Source: a virus. Taken from it: DNA of 64,000 bases. The DNA is taken from positions 22,543 to 86,542 of IMG/VR virus record IMGVR_UViG_3300027754_000067, one strand, 5' to 3'. Made by a program: the position numbers and the translations under genes. Positions 37,435 through 47,850 of the stretch are shown here, in pieces (within the stretch, counting starts at the first letter, position 1; each line of letters opens with the position of its first letter). The notes under the pieces were generated by a model, which was not told the DNA's origin, did not search any database, and saw nothing but the letters and a program-made list of their open reading frames with translations.

Positions 37435-38442
37435 TTTTTTCCAGTATCCACGGCTAGGTGTTGGGATATTATATTGGCGGCATCGACGCTCAACAGTCTT
37501 TGCTGATACACCATATAATTTCCCAATCTGACTAACAGGAATTTTACAAACTAATAGAGTTAGTTCTTCACTTGTTATATCAAAAATACGACGTTTTCCC
37601 ATTCTGCTTTCACTTGCATTTCTTATGGGTATATTATATTTTCGTAATCTATCGCAAATGGTCGAAACATCAACATTCAAAATTTTTGCTATATCATGTG
37701 TTGATTTTTTAAGAAAAATATATTGCTCATATAGCCAATCCTTGTCAATGCCAGTTATCCAACCTGGATGTTTTTCTCCTAGCATTTTTTGTCGACGTTT
37801 TTCTATTGTTTTGGCAGATTGTTTTTTTCCAATATGAGTTTTTCTAATTTTTTCTTTTGTTTGATCGCTGGCTTTTTTTCCAATATTTGCTTTTCTAAGT
37901 TTTTCTTTTGCATCATCTGACATAATACGATTTCGACTAGAATCGCCTATTTTTTTCCTAGTTTCTTCTGTGTGAGTTTTACCTTTCATTGGGCTTTCTT
38001 TTCCGTAATATGGATGATCGGAACCTTTTTTATATTGAGTCGATCCTTTTCTTGGCCCTTTTGGAGAAGAAAAATTCTTTTCTATTGTAGGATTACAATT
38101 AAAATTATATACGTTATTTTTTCCATAAGCCAGAATTGCTTCTTTAATCCAATATTCTTCTCTAGACAATCTCTCCTCTTTTGATGCGCCCTCTAATACA
38201 TCAATAATATGATATTCCAAAAAATCATCATTTCCCAGCATATCTTTACATTTCTTATAATCCGCCAATAAAAAACTATTGGTCTTTCTTCCGTTTGTTA
38301 GTGTTTGTTTATGATCTTGCCACCTATTTTTTAATTTACAACTTTGGCCAATGTAACTTCGATTCGTAACCCTGTTCCGTATCTCATATATCCCAGAATT
38401 TGTAAATTTATTGTCGTAAAAAAATAACATCCATATCCCCAT
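37417..38442 (-). CDS. GIY-YIG homing endonuclease with NUMOD3 repeats and HTH
   Basis: SGIYEI..YIGQS..RW..H; repeated H.EET..KI motifs. Confidence 0.9.
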   Translation of the reverse strand: MGIWMLFFYDNKFTNSGIYEIRNRVTNRSYIGQSCKLKNRWQDHKQTLTNGRKTNSFLLADYKKCKDMLGNDDFLEYHIIDVLEGASKEERLSREEYWIKEAILAYGKNNVYNFNCNPTIEKNFSSPKGPRKGSTQYKKGSDHPYYGKESPMKGKTHTEETRKKIGDSSRNRIMSDDAKEKLRKANIGKKASDQTKEKIRKTHIGKKQSAKTIEKRRQKMLGEKHPGWITGIDKDWLYEQYIFLKKSTHDIAKILNVDVSTICDRLRKYNIPIRNASESRMGKRRIFDITSEELTLLVCKIPVSQIGKLYGVSAKTVERRCRQYNIPTPSRGYWKKSSINL

Positions 38443-38473
38443 ATGGATACATATTTTTCACCATAAATTTTAT

Positions 38474-41400
38474 TTATGAAATTTTGAATAGTTTATTTTG
38501 GAAGCAAGAATATCCAAAATCGCTACGGTCCACGAGCCCTACAATAACATCATTTTCTTGCACGTTTATCTCACCTTTCCAGCCCCAAATGAAACAAGTA
38601 TATTCTTTGTTTAGTTCTCCAAACAACCGCAGTTTGACATATTCTTTGTTGGTTTTAGTAATTGCCTTCGTCGCACCAGCAACGATACCCCAGTAATTTC
38701 CTTTTTCACACCAATTATCAATTGATTCAAACCCAAGACTTTCAAGTTTTGCGTGTACTTCTGGTGGTACAATTAAGCTAATATCAACAGAGCCTGCTAA
38801 ATCTTTGGTAAACTCCAGTTTTTCTTTCTTGGTCCAATCTTCCATGGACTGAACATCTTCAATAGCTTTCTCCAAAAGTTGTGTTATATCATTGTTTTTC
38901 TTACGATTTGTGATACGTTTAAATTCATCAAACTTATCGATCAAAACAGAATATAGCTGCTTGTAATTCTTAAACTGTTTCCCTTCTCCTACTATATCCA
39001 TAGAACCCATCGCTTCCAGTTTAATCAAAGTTGTAAGAGCACGTTTGTTGAATTTCGTATGCCTCCATGTTCCATCTTTATTTACAATTAAATCTCTGAC
39101 GGAGGTATAAGGACGATAATCTTTAAGCTCTGTTGTAACTGTTTTACCAACATATTTCATTGATGAAAAACTTGGAACCAGTGTTTTTTTATTCTCTGTA
39201 TCGATAATAAACTCATAATCTGACTTATTGATGTCTGCCTTAGAGATCTTATAACCCAACATCTTTGCTTCTTTAATTGCAACCATCTTGGGATCTTCCT
39301 TCCCAGCTGCTTTTCCTTTGTCGGATGTACAGTAATCAATATATGTTGCTACCCATTCATCTTGAAAGTAATGCTGAAGCCAAGCACACTGATAAGCCAC
39401 GCACGCATAGCAAACACTGTGTGCTTTGTTGAAAGAATATCGAACATATTGCTCCATGTAATCAAAAATTTTATAAGCTTCTTCTTTTTTAATTTTAGAA
39501 TGTTCATCGCACCCTTTGGCAAATTCTTCACGCAAACGATTGCGTTCCGCAGCTGATTTTTCTAGGTTTGATAGATCTCTTTTAGTAAATGCTTTACGAA
39601 CGTCGTCTGTTTTATCAATTGGAACACCCGCTAGTTTGTTAAAAATAAGCTGGATTTGTTCTTGGTAAATCAAGACATAGTTTGTTTCGGCCAATACTTG
39701 TTCTAGTGCTGGGTGTGGTAATGAAGCTCTTGCTTCTTCAATATCAGTCCGGTTCCGCAACAGTAGTTTATCGACACCGGCATCTAATGGACCGGGACGA
39801 AATGTAGCGGTAATCATTGACAGATCTTCAATTGTCCTTGGCTTTAGCTCTGATGTGAATTTTTTCACATTATCTGCAATCCACTGGAATGTACCAACTT
39901 CGTTGCTGTTCCAGAAAATATTTTTATAAACAGCTAAATCATCAAGATTGTTATTATCTGGATGTACGTTCTCATAATACCATTTTGCAATTTCTGCAAA
40001 CGGCACTGCGTTTTTACCTGTTTGTTTTTTAATGATTCGTTCAATACATTTTTCAAACATGCGTAGAGTGCCAAGTCCGAGAACATCATATTTCAAGACA
40101 CCAAATGACTCAAGATGTCGATAGTTTTGGCCTTCTGGCCATGGAGTTTGGAACTTATTACCAAACTTAATAATTGGCATTTCGTCTTGATTGCCAGTAT
40201 AAATACCTACGCCAGATGCATGAGTGCTTAATCCACGCACTTGCTTAAAAAGCACTTTGATAGAAGATTCCAAAACTGGATATTGTTCAATTAATCTGTT
40301 GAACGTTGGTGAATACTTCACTGCTTCCTCAAATGTCAGAACCCATGTACCGGCATCAAAATCTTCTTGTTTTCTAGCAGCTTCCCTAGCCTCTTTTTCT
40401 ATTTCAAAGGTTGCTTTGTTGATCTCTTCAAACGGCAAGCTATACATACGTGATAGATCTTTGATAAGTGATTTAAGCTTAAGTTGGTTAAAGTTAGTCA
40501 CAGGCACAACTGCACCGCTTCCAAAGTGGTCAGTGATAAGTTTAAGCGCTAATTCTCGATCAGCGTAGTCAAGATCAATATCAACAGCCCCAACTTTATG
40601 AATTGTAAGCATGCGCTCAAACAAAAGACCGTATTTAATTGGATCAATTTGAGTAATATTAAGAACATACAGCACAAGTGATCCTGCTGCTGAGCCACGC
40701 CCTGCACCAGTAATCATGTGATTTGTCACAACTTCTAGAATTTTAGCATAAGTTAAGAAATACTTTTGCATATTAAGATGTTTGATGACATTCAATTCAT
40801 TCTTTAGTCTATCAATATATTTGTCATCATGATTCTTTTTACGGAATCGCATACCTTTGATGCAGCGATCAACAAGTTCTTTAAATACTAAATCATCTTC
40901 GCTTGCATCAGCGAATTTAGAACGTAAAATCTCAAGACGATCTTTGTCAATAAGCTTGGTCATGCTAGGATATTTTACGGTTGTATCGAATTTGACATCG
41001 CCAATCATTTGATGAGCAATATCATGAGTACGTTCGATAGCATCTTTCATCAATTCATCGTCATTATAAACTTCAGGATAAACTTCCTTACAATATCGGA
41101 TATAAGAATCCCACATTTGATCTTGATTTTTTGGATATAGTTCACATTTAATATCACTGATAGATTGTGGAATCTTTGCGAGGTCAACCTCACCCTTTGT
41201 TTTTGTGGCCCATGCCATAGCTTTATAGATTTCACGTTCCTTCCAATGTGCAGGATCAGCATAATGTGAATCACATGTCATGACAAGTTTTGTATTTGTG
41301 CGCTTAGACGCTTCAATTAAATGATAATTTGAAAGATGCTGTTGTCCAAGACGATTTGCTTGTAGCTCAATAAAGTAATTCTCTTCTCCAAGAGCATCTT

Positions 41401-42184
41401 TGAATTGACCGATAACATCTGAAAGTTCTGACTGAATTAGTTCTTTATTTGTGTCATTGGGCATCCATAGCGTATGGTCTTTTTCAATTTGATGATCAAA
41501 AATAACACGACTCAAACGTCCCGCAATGCATGCTGAAATTGCAATAATATTGCCGTTAGAATATTTGCGAAGCATATCAAAGTCAATTCTTGGGTATTTA
41601 TAAAACCCCTCAATGTTACTTTCCGTTACAATACGGAAAATAGATTTCAAACCAGCACTGTTTTTAGGCAGTAGTACAATATGGTTGCGCTGATAAAGAG
41701 GATTTGACCATTTGTTCGACTTTGATTCTTCTTCATTTTCAACGGAAGTTGTTTCTTCTTCGTCTGGCGCAGAAACTAAATCTTCGTTAATTGCCGCAAG
41801 ATCTTCTTCTGTCTTGGACATATCATCACTGAAAGCATTAACTGCTTTTGACTTAGATTTAGCCTTTGCAATCTCAGATTTACGTTTTTCTAGCTTGTCA
41901 GCATCATATAGTTCACGCCATTTCGAAAGAGAATCGATGAAATAGCCTTCGATGCCAGGAAGACCCTTAAATTTCTTACCAGCTTTATTTACTTTCTGCT
42001 CATGCAACTTGAAAAATGAAACACCTTGCATGTTTCCATGGTCCGTCAGAGCCATGGAATCTGATCCATTTTTAATAGCCCAATCAATGTGTTTGTCTGG
42101 TAAGTCCAGTGCATCCCCCGGTGATCCAACGCATGAATGTCCATGAAGATTTGTAAAACGATTTGGTTTGATAATAAACGACAT
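38474..42184 (-). CDS. dnaE: DNA polymerase III alpha subunit
   Basis: PHP domain (LHGHS, ALTDHG, DSHY); GRGSAAGS; DIDLD; KYDVLGL; YQEQ; FNKAH. Confidence 0.95.
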   Translation of the reverse strand: MSFIIKPNRFTNLHGHSCVGSPGDALDLPDKHIDWAIKNGSDSMALTDHGNMQGVSFFKLHEQKVNKAGKKFKGLPGIEGYFIDSLSKWRELYDADKLEKRKSEIAKAKSKSKAVNAFSDDMSKTEEDLAAINEDLVSAPDEEETTSVENEEESKSNKWSNPLYQRNHIVLLPKNSAGLKSIFRIVTESNIEGFYKYPRIDFDMLRKYSNGNIIAISACIAGRLSRVIFDHQIEKDHTLWMPNDTNKELIQSELSDVIGQFKDALGEENYFIELQANRLGQQHLSNYHLIEASKRTNTKLVMTCDSHYADPAHWKEREIYKAMAWATKTKGEVDLAKIPQSISDIKCELYPKNQDQMWDSYIRYCKEVYPEVYNDDELMKDAIERTHDIAHQMIGDVKFDTTVKYPSMTKLIDKDRLEILRSKFADASEDDLVFKELVDRCIKGMRFRKKNHDDKYIDRLKNELNVIKHLNMQKYFLTYAKILEVVTNHMITGAGRGSAAGSLVLYVLNITQIDPIKYGLLFERMLTIHKVGAVDIDLDYADRELALKLITDHFGSGAVVPVTNFNQLKLKSLIKDLSRMYSLPFEEINKATFEIEKEAREAARKQEDFDAGTWVLTFEEAVKYSPTFNRLIEQYPVLESSIKVLFKQVRGLSTHASGVGIYTGNQDEMPIIKFGNKFQTPWPEGQNYRHLESFGVLKYDVLGLGTLRMFEKCIERIIKKQTGKNAVPFAEIAKWYYENVHPDNNNLDDLAVYKNIFWNSNEVGTFQWIADNVKKFTSELKPRTIEDLSMITATFRPGPLDAGVDKLLLRNRTDIEEARASLPHPALEQVLAETNYVLIYQEQIQLIFNKLAGVPIDKTDDVRKAFTKRDLSNLEKSAAERNRLREEFAKGCDEHSKIKKEEAYKIFDYMEQYVRYSFNKAHSVCYACVAYQCAWLQHYFQDEWVATYIDYCTSDKGKAAGKEDPKMVAIKEAKMLGYKISKADINKSDYEFIIDTENKKTLVPSFSSMKYVGKTVTTELKDYRPYTSVRDLIVNKDGTWRHTKFNKRALTTLIKLEAMGSMDIVGEGKQFKNYKQLYSVLIDKFDEFKRITNRKKNNDITQLLEKAIEDVQSMEDWTKKEKLEFTKDLAGSVDISLIVPPEVHAKLESLGFESIDNWCEKGNYWGIVAGATKAITKTNKEYVKLRLFGELNKEYTCFIWGWKGEINVQENDVIVGLVDRSDFGYSCFQNKLFKIS

Positions 42185-42259
42185 TGTTAGCCTGTTGTGT
42201 TAAGTGTTCTCTGACACTATAAAGCATTCAAAATAGTCTGTAAAGAACTATTTAATCCT

Positions 42260-43162
42260 ATGATTAATTGGAAAAAGCCTGACTTGCAAGAAGAAATTGA
42301 AGAAATTGAGCGTGCAGCTGTTGATTTAGATATAGACGCATCTAAATTATTTGAAGATGCTAAAAAAGGAAAAATAATTGATTTATCCGATGATATTTGG
42401 AGTAAATTAGATAATACCGATTCGTGGGATATTAAATCAATCGAAGATGCAAGAGTGCTTGCCGATGAGTATGACAAAGACATTGAGAGCCTCATTAGAG
42501 GCTTTGAATCAGGCAAAGCGTCAATCCCTTGTCCAATCGTTCTTAAGCGACAGGAGGGTGGTTATTATTTGATTGCGGGCAATACTCGTCTTATGGTAGC
42601 AAGAGCATTTGGAATGATTCCTAGAATCTATCTCGTGGAAGATAACCAAGAAGAAGGGGAGCATATTCTTCAAGAAATTCTATTTGAAGCAATCGGCCAA
42701 AGTATTATCGTAGGCACTATTAAAAATAAAAACATTGTAAACCTGGATTATCACGGTAAAAATCCAGGAGGTTCTGGCATGAGAACAGTTGAACCGGTTT
42801 GTCTAGGGTATAATAAAAGAAATCGTTTGGTGCTTCGGGTATGGGATGAAGCTGGTGCCTCTCATACTGGTTTTACCGGAAAACAACCATTACCTGGATG
42901 GCGATTGTTACGTGTTGATAGAATAGTATCTTATAATCCTACAGAGGAGCAATTTACTCAAGCAAGACCAAAATACAATCCTAGTGGCGATAGAAGTATG
43001 GCAAGAGTGATTGTGAATGCTGATTTTAGCATGCCAGCAACGCCACCTGTATCTCCCGCACAACCTGTGTCTCCCGCACAGCCTTCGGAGCCCATCGAAG
43101 GAACAAGTCCGGTCAAGGAGTTAACTGAATCTAGAATTTATAAAGGATTATTTATTGATTAG
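42260..43162 (+). CDS. ParB-like plus WYL-domain protein
   Basis: PIV......LIAGNTR; R.VEPV.LG...WRLLRVDRI; internal ILFE. Confidence 0.7.
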   Translation: MINWKKPDLQEEIEEIERAAVDLDIDASKLFEDAKKGKIIDLSDDIWSKLDNTDSWDIKSIEDARVLADEYDKDIESLIRGFESGKASIPCPIVLKRQEGGYYLIAGNTRLMVARAFGMIPRIYLVEDNQEEGEHILQEILFEAIGQSIIVGTIKNKNIVNLDYHGKNPGGSGMRTVEPVCLGYNKRNRLVLRVWDEAGASHTGFTGKQPLPGWRLLRVDRIVSYNPTEEQFTQARPKYNPSGDRSMARVIVNADFSMPATPPVSPAQPVSPAQPSEPIEGTSPVKELTESRIYKGLFID

Positions 43163-44717
43163 CGGTGATTGGAGCTAGAATTTCTGAAGTCAAAACGCCA
43201 GAAGAATATAAATCAGCTATTTTTTTCATGACAGAAAAAGGTATTGATGAGCTTTCATTGTTTTCACGTGATAATTTAGCAATTGCTTCTTTGTTTTGTG
43301 TTTTTAAAGCTTCAGCTAAATTTTTAATAAATTCATTGGTTCTTCCGCCCAATGCAAAATTACGTAATGCAATGAATTCATAGCTCTGCGTGTCAATTAA
43401 ACCGGATTTATTAATAACCTCAATACCAAGGCTAGGAGCTATATTTATTAGATACAGCGTAGTTGCTGCTTGATAGAATGGTGGTTTTTTAAATATTTCT
43501 GGATTTGTGTTGGTTGATGACAGTTTTTTAATATCTTCAATGGTTGCTGTATCTAAATTTTCAAAGTATGCATAATATGGATCAAAATCTGCCCAATAAT
43601 CTTGTTTAGGATTATATGTTTGATGCGATATTTTCGCCATATCTAATACTTGTTCTATTGATAGATTTTCTTTAGTTATTCTATCAACAAAATCAGCAAG
43701 AACATCAATATTATTTAAAGTAAGAGAACCTTTGGCATCTGGATAGTATAGATATGGAAGTAATGGTAATGATATTTTGTCTATTATTTTCCTCATCATT
43801 ACAGTATATTCATCATTTTCCATATAGTCGCTTTGTGAGAAAATGTCGTAAAAATCTCTTAAATGTTTTTTAAATGCTAATCCATCCATTCCTTCCGTAG
43901 ATTTTAAGAATTCCTCGGATCGTTTTTCGGCTGTGATTAGTTTTTTGACAAATGGAGTAAGTACGTTTATTATTTCCTGCGGATAATATTCAATGAATTC
44001 TCCTAACGTTACTGCATTGTCTAAGGCATCAAAGAATTCGACATCTTTGCTATTTGGATATACCGCCACGGCTAGTTTATTGAATATTTTCTCCGTAGGT
44101 AATTTATCAATTATAAAATAGAATTCTATCCCACGATCTGCATATGATGTGTAATAATTCTCAGATTGTGTCGCAGATATGCACCATTTAGTTCCAAAAC
44201 CATAATAGCATGAAGCTTCCATTGACTCTGGTTTAACAATGGTAAATCTATCGTTTTTGAAGATTAATTTTGAAGATTTTTTAGCTTGTTTTTTTAGTTC
44301 TGTTTTAGAATATTGAGGCAAATCCTCGACAGCATCCTCAAGATCTTCTAGTTTTTTGTATGATTCAATATCACTGTTTGTTATCCATCCAAGTTTTATT
44401 CCTTTGTCAAAGGCTAAAATAGATTTTTTTATTATTTCGACGGTATTTAATATAGCTCGTGGCTGCTGAGAGCTATAGAGATCATATTTTATTTTTAATT
44501 GCTTTGCGATCCAAAAAATATATTTCTGGTATTCTTGGCCAGAAAACATGTCGATATAATTGGCCATTTCTGGATATTTTGATTTTACATCATCAATACG
44601 AGCTTCTAATAATAAGGTTAACCTTGGGCCAATCCCTTTTGTACCTTGAGTTTTCTTTATGAAATATTGTTCTTTTACGAGAGATTTTATAATTTGTTTT
44701 AGGATGTGATGATTCAT
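43152..44717 (-). CDS. tagged protein with ASCYYG.GTKWC domain
   Basis: LKQIIK..VKE tag; domain shared with 26669. Confidence 0.75.
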   Translation of the reverse strand: MNHHILKQIIKSLVKEQYFIKKTQGTKGIGPRLTLLLEARIDDVKSKYPEMANYIDMFSGQEYQKYIFWIAKQLKIKYDLYSSQQPRAILNTVEIIKKSILAFDKGIKLGWITNSDIESYKKLEDLEDAVEDLPQYSKTELKKQAKKSSKLIFKNDRFTIVKPESMEASCYYGFGTKWCISATQSENYYTSYADRGIEFYFIIDKLPTEKIFNKLAVAVYPNSKDVEFFDALDNAVTLGEFIEYYPQEIINVLTPFVKKLITAEKRSEEFLKSTEGMDGLAFKKHLRDFYDIFSQSDYMENDEYTVMMRKIIDKISLPLLPYLYYPDAKGSLTLNNIDVLADFVDRITKENLSIEQVLDMAKISHQTYNPKQDYWADFDPYYAYFENLDTATIEDIKKLSSTNTNPEIFKKPPFYQAATTLYLINIAPSLGIEVINKSGLIDTQSYEFIALRNFALGGRTNEFIKNLAEALKTQNKEAIAKLSRENNESSSIPFSVMKKIADLYSSGVLTSEILAPITANQ

Positions 44718-44843
44718 GAGATTAAATATATCTCATGTCAGTCTTCTGATTTCACTGAAGATATATCTTTACGAATAGCTTTAGTTTCCGTTTCCAGTTT
44801 TGTCTCTAGTTTTTTTATTTGATCTTTTAAATGACGCACTTCT

Positions 44844-45338
44844 TCAAGTATTGCTTTTAGGTACTCGTTTTGTTGTTTTTCGTTCTTGCTTGTAGACATT
44901 TTTATATACCTTTTTGTAAATGATTGTTAGATTTGATTTAGAAGCTGCTTGATAGCTTCCATTATCCCATTGAACCCTGACCATTTCGCTATTTATACTA
45001 TCATAAGCAATCCTTCCACGAAAAGTCTTGGAACCTGACTTTTGCTCTACTCTTTGACCAATTAAAAATATTGGATATTTTGGAACCCATGTTGGATCAC
45101 GCATATCGACTACACTTCCAGAAGTTTCAACTACAGATCCTGTTACAGATCCTGTTGTTAATAATTCTAATTGTGATAAACGCTGCCGTTCAAGTAATTC
45201 TTTACGCAAAGCAAAATCTGCCTCACGTGCTTCTTTTGTTCGCCGTAAAACTTCTTCTTTTGTTGGGCGACCAATTTTCTTTTTAGGCGCAGCATTTTCA
45301 GTTGTTTTATTTTTTGGAAGTTTTGAATTTACGCTCAT
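44844..45338 (-). CDS. basic protein with GRP (AT-hook-like) motif
   Basis: KKIGRPTK. Confidence 0.6.
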   Translation of the reverse strand: MSVNSKLPKNKTTENAAPKKKIGRPTKEEVLRRTKEAREADFALRKELLERQRLSQLELLTTGSVTGSVVETSGSVVDMRDPTWVPKYPIFLIGQRVEQKSGSKTFRGRIAYDSINSEMVRVQWDNGSYQAASKSNLTIIYKKVYKNVYKQERKTTKRVPKSNT

Positions 45339-45466
45339 ATGAATATTATATACTCTAACGAAAGAAGAATCAAGCATTTATACAACTGCCCAAAAAGTTT
45401 AATATATGCGACATTAATATATATTAAATATAACCAATAAGCTATTGGGTTAAAAATGAGGATAAC

Positions 45467-45796
45467 ATGCAAATTACAGTAAAACAACTAAAACAATTAA
45501 TTCGTGAAGCCGTAGAAGAAGCCTACAATGAAGGTGAAATGGAAGAAGAGACTGTAGAAGAATGTGGATATGGTATGTCCGCTGAAAAGGAAGATGGTGG
45601 TCCATTACGTCGTGACGTTATGGAACAAGATGAAAGATTTCTTGAAGAATATCTTGCTGAAGCAAAAAAAGCAAAAGAAGATAAAAAGCCAGCAAAAAAA
45701 TTGCCAGCTTTTATTGTTAAAGCGCAAGAAAAAGCTGCTGCAAAGAAAAAAGCTGCTGCCGAAGCCGCAAAGAAAAAACCAGTAGCTAAAAAATAA
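45467..45796 (+). CDS. tagged protein with K/A-rich histone-like tail
   Basis: LKQLIREAVEE; KKKAAAEAAKKK. Confidence 0.75.
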   Translation: MQITVKQLKQLIREAVEEAYNEGEMEEETVEECGYGMSAEKEDGGPLRRDVMEQDERFLEEYLAEAKKAKEDKKPAKKLPAFIVKAQEKAAAKKKAAAEAAKKKPVAKK

Positions 45797-45798
45797 TT

Positions 45799-46107
45799 TT
45801 ACTCATAACCAATTTGATTATTAAATAATCCACAATCACAACTATGCCAATCATTATGCCAAAAACAATCTTTGGCATGTTCTTCTTGTTTTACACGTGG
45901 AGAATTTAAGCTACGTGGACCATGATATTGGTTTTCCATAACAGTACCCACTTCATTCCATCTACCAAACATTTCATACCATTCTGGAAATGTTCTATCA
46001 CCAGCTTTAAGCCGGATCATGTTTTCTTTAAATGTTTCGGCGCACTCTTTTAACTCTTCGATAAAGTCAAATACGGATATAATGATTGGTTTTTCTTCTT
46101 GACTCAT
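45799..46107 (-). CDS. hypothetical protein
   Basis: ORF in a coupled operon. Confidence 0.55.
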   Translation of the reverse strand: MSQEEKPIIISVFDFIEELKECAETFKENMIRLKAGDRTFPEWYEMFGRWNEVGTVMENQYHGPRSLNSPRVKQEEHAKDCFWHNDWHSCDCGLFNNQIGYE

Positions 46108-46307
46108 TTTATTATTTCCTTTAAATCTAAAATATATAAATTATACATTGACTCTTCAACTAAAACTTTCCATACAGTATATTTTTTTATGTTGTGTCGA
46201 TAAATTATTGGCTCAATAACCATTCCAATTTTACCTACTAATTTTTTAGTCCAAAGTGGTTGATCACCAGCATCAATAATCTCAACTAACAGTCCGGCCC
46301 TAATCAT
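46104..46307 (-). CDS. small KOW/SH3-like protein
   Basis: GLLVEI.....GKIGMV pattern. Confidence 0.5.
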   Translation of the reverse strand: MIRAGLLVEIIDAGDQPLWTKKLVGKIGMVIEPIIYRHNIKKYTVWKVLVEESMYNLYILDLKEIIK

Positions 46308-46625
46308 TCCTGATCTGTGGTTTCATTTTCAACAACTTCCATGGATTCTTCTACAGATTCCAATGCGGGCTGTTTTTCTCGATATTGGACTGCAAACCAA
46401 CATCCAACACGGCAAACATTCCAACTTTCATATTTTATTTCTTGATTGTTCATTTTTTTCTCCTTGAAGTATTTTACGTTAAATTTTAGTAATGTCCGTT
46501 TCGGATAGATTCTATGTTGATAAATAATTTATGTTTGTCAACGGCACTTGTATGATGGCTATGCACAGTATCACAATCATCATCACATCGCTCAAAAATT
46601 TCAGATTCACACTCAATAATTTTAT

Positions 46626-46886
46626 TGCATGAGCAGAAAACCCACACCCTCGTCCTGTGGGATGAATGCGATTCATTTTAATATAATTTGAACAAAAACA
46701 TATTTTGCATAATAATTAAAAACGTCGGAGCAATTAATTTTTCCGATATCGTTCGGAACGAACGATTACGAGCATGGAGAGAATATAAAACCAACTGGCT
46801 TGCCAGCGGTAATTTTCGGTGAAGTGCTTAAAGTTCTAGAGACAAACTCTTTAGAAGCTCACAGGCTTGTCCTGTGAGTAGTTCAC
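46626..46886 (+). mobile_element. Non-autonomous IS200/IS605-family mini-element carrying a TnpB omega-RNA scaffold
   Basis: Left-end hairpin CCCACA..TGTGGG nearly identical to 63887-63937; right end AGAAGCTCACAGG..CCTGTGAGTAGTTCAC; no ORF; TTTAT at the 5' flank. Confidence 0.85.
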
Positions 46887-46927
46887 AGTAACAGAGGCCA
46901 CAGAACATGTCAAATTGTTAATTTAAA

Positions 46928-47182
46928 TTATTTTTTTAACGTTTTTAAAACTTCTTCTTTTACAATTGTTTTTAAATTGTATCTTTTAAATTTTTCTTCA
47001 ACTTCTGGATGATCCGCAAGAAATTTCTCCATTTTCATTATCTCTTCTGGAGATAAATGCACTGGTTTTTCTTCGGGCAACTCTACTGGTTCTTCATCAG
47101 ATAACTTTTGCGTGTATTGATTTTTTGGAAATATTTGCATATGGATCTCTTTCAATTTAAATAGTAAATTATTTTGATTCAT
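46928..47182 (-). CDS. hypothetical protein (C-terminal LKTIVKEEV)
   Basis: ORF. Confidence 0.6.
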   Translation of the reverse strand: MNQNNLLFKLKEIHMQIFPKNQYTQKLSDEEPVELPEEKPVHLSPEEIMKMEKFLADHPEVEEKFKRYNLKTIVKEEVLKTLKK

Positions 47183-47831
47183 CTTTTTCAGAAGATAGGA
47201 AATTATTACCTTTATCCGTAATATTGAAAATGGTTACATGTTTATGAGAGCCAGGGCGATGATTACCTTCATTGTCTAATTTGGTTTCATTTATCTCTTC
47301 AAACTCTGCAAGGTTATTATTACGAATATAATCAAGTAGATTATTTATTTGATCTGGTATGTTTGATATCAAACCATAATCTAACGCTTCACCTGTCTGA
47401 TGAGCAGATATACCTTCTGGGTACTGATAAAGGATTTCTTTTGCTTTTTCAATAAGCCGTCCAGCTAAAGTTTTAGGCATGATTTTAAGCATTGTATTTG
47501 GGATAAGTTTTGTATTTTCTTCCCATACACTAGCTATTTTTGACGCTATCTCACCAGCTTTACTATTACAGCTTTTGCAATCTACTGCATATAGCTTGAT
47601 AAGAAATTTGCTACCTTCTCTTTTCCAAATATCAAACATGGCAGAAATCTGCCTATCAGATAATCGCAAGCCACTTGTTATAACTGGTTGTTTGTATCCA
47701 AGCCTAAGTGCTGCTTTATCCATGATATCAGCGAATTTTTTCGCATCGTCGGATACATTCATGTCTGAGTCAACAGATTTATACTCGAAAAGAATATCGT
47801 ATAGCTTGATTTTATTTTTTAAATGTGTCAT
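47169..47831 (-). CDS. peptidase M15-like (peptidoglycan) tagged protein
   Basis: KLYDILFE; ITSGLR...Q; SAH..GEALD; H.H. Confidence 0.7.
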   Translation of the reverse strand: MTHLKNKIKLYDILFEYKSVDSDMNVSDDAKKFADIMDKAALRLGYKQPVITSGLRLSDRQISAMFDIWKREGSKFLIKLYAVDCKSCNSKAGEIASKIASVWEENTKLIPNTMLKIMPKTLAGRLIEKAKEILYQYPEGISAHQTGEALDYGLISNIPDQINNLLDYIRNNNLAEFEEINETKLDNEGNHRPGSHKHVTIFNITDKGNNFLSSEKDESK

Positions 47832-47850
47832 GAAGTTAAATATTAACTTC

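Larger units (their letters stand above)
23963..47842. promoter_or_regulatory. Putative late promoter TATTTA, 5-6 nt before ATG
   Basis: Plus strand: 23963, 26658, 28541, 33175, 42249. Minus strand: 36783-88, 44723-28, 47837-42. Confidence 0.6.

Noticed and set aside
38474-42184. Intein or intron in dnaE
   Set aside because: No intein splice motifs or LAGLIDADG blocks; the only insert is a charged loop in the PHP domain.
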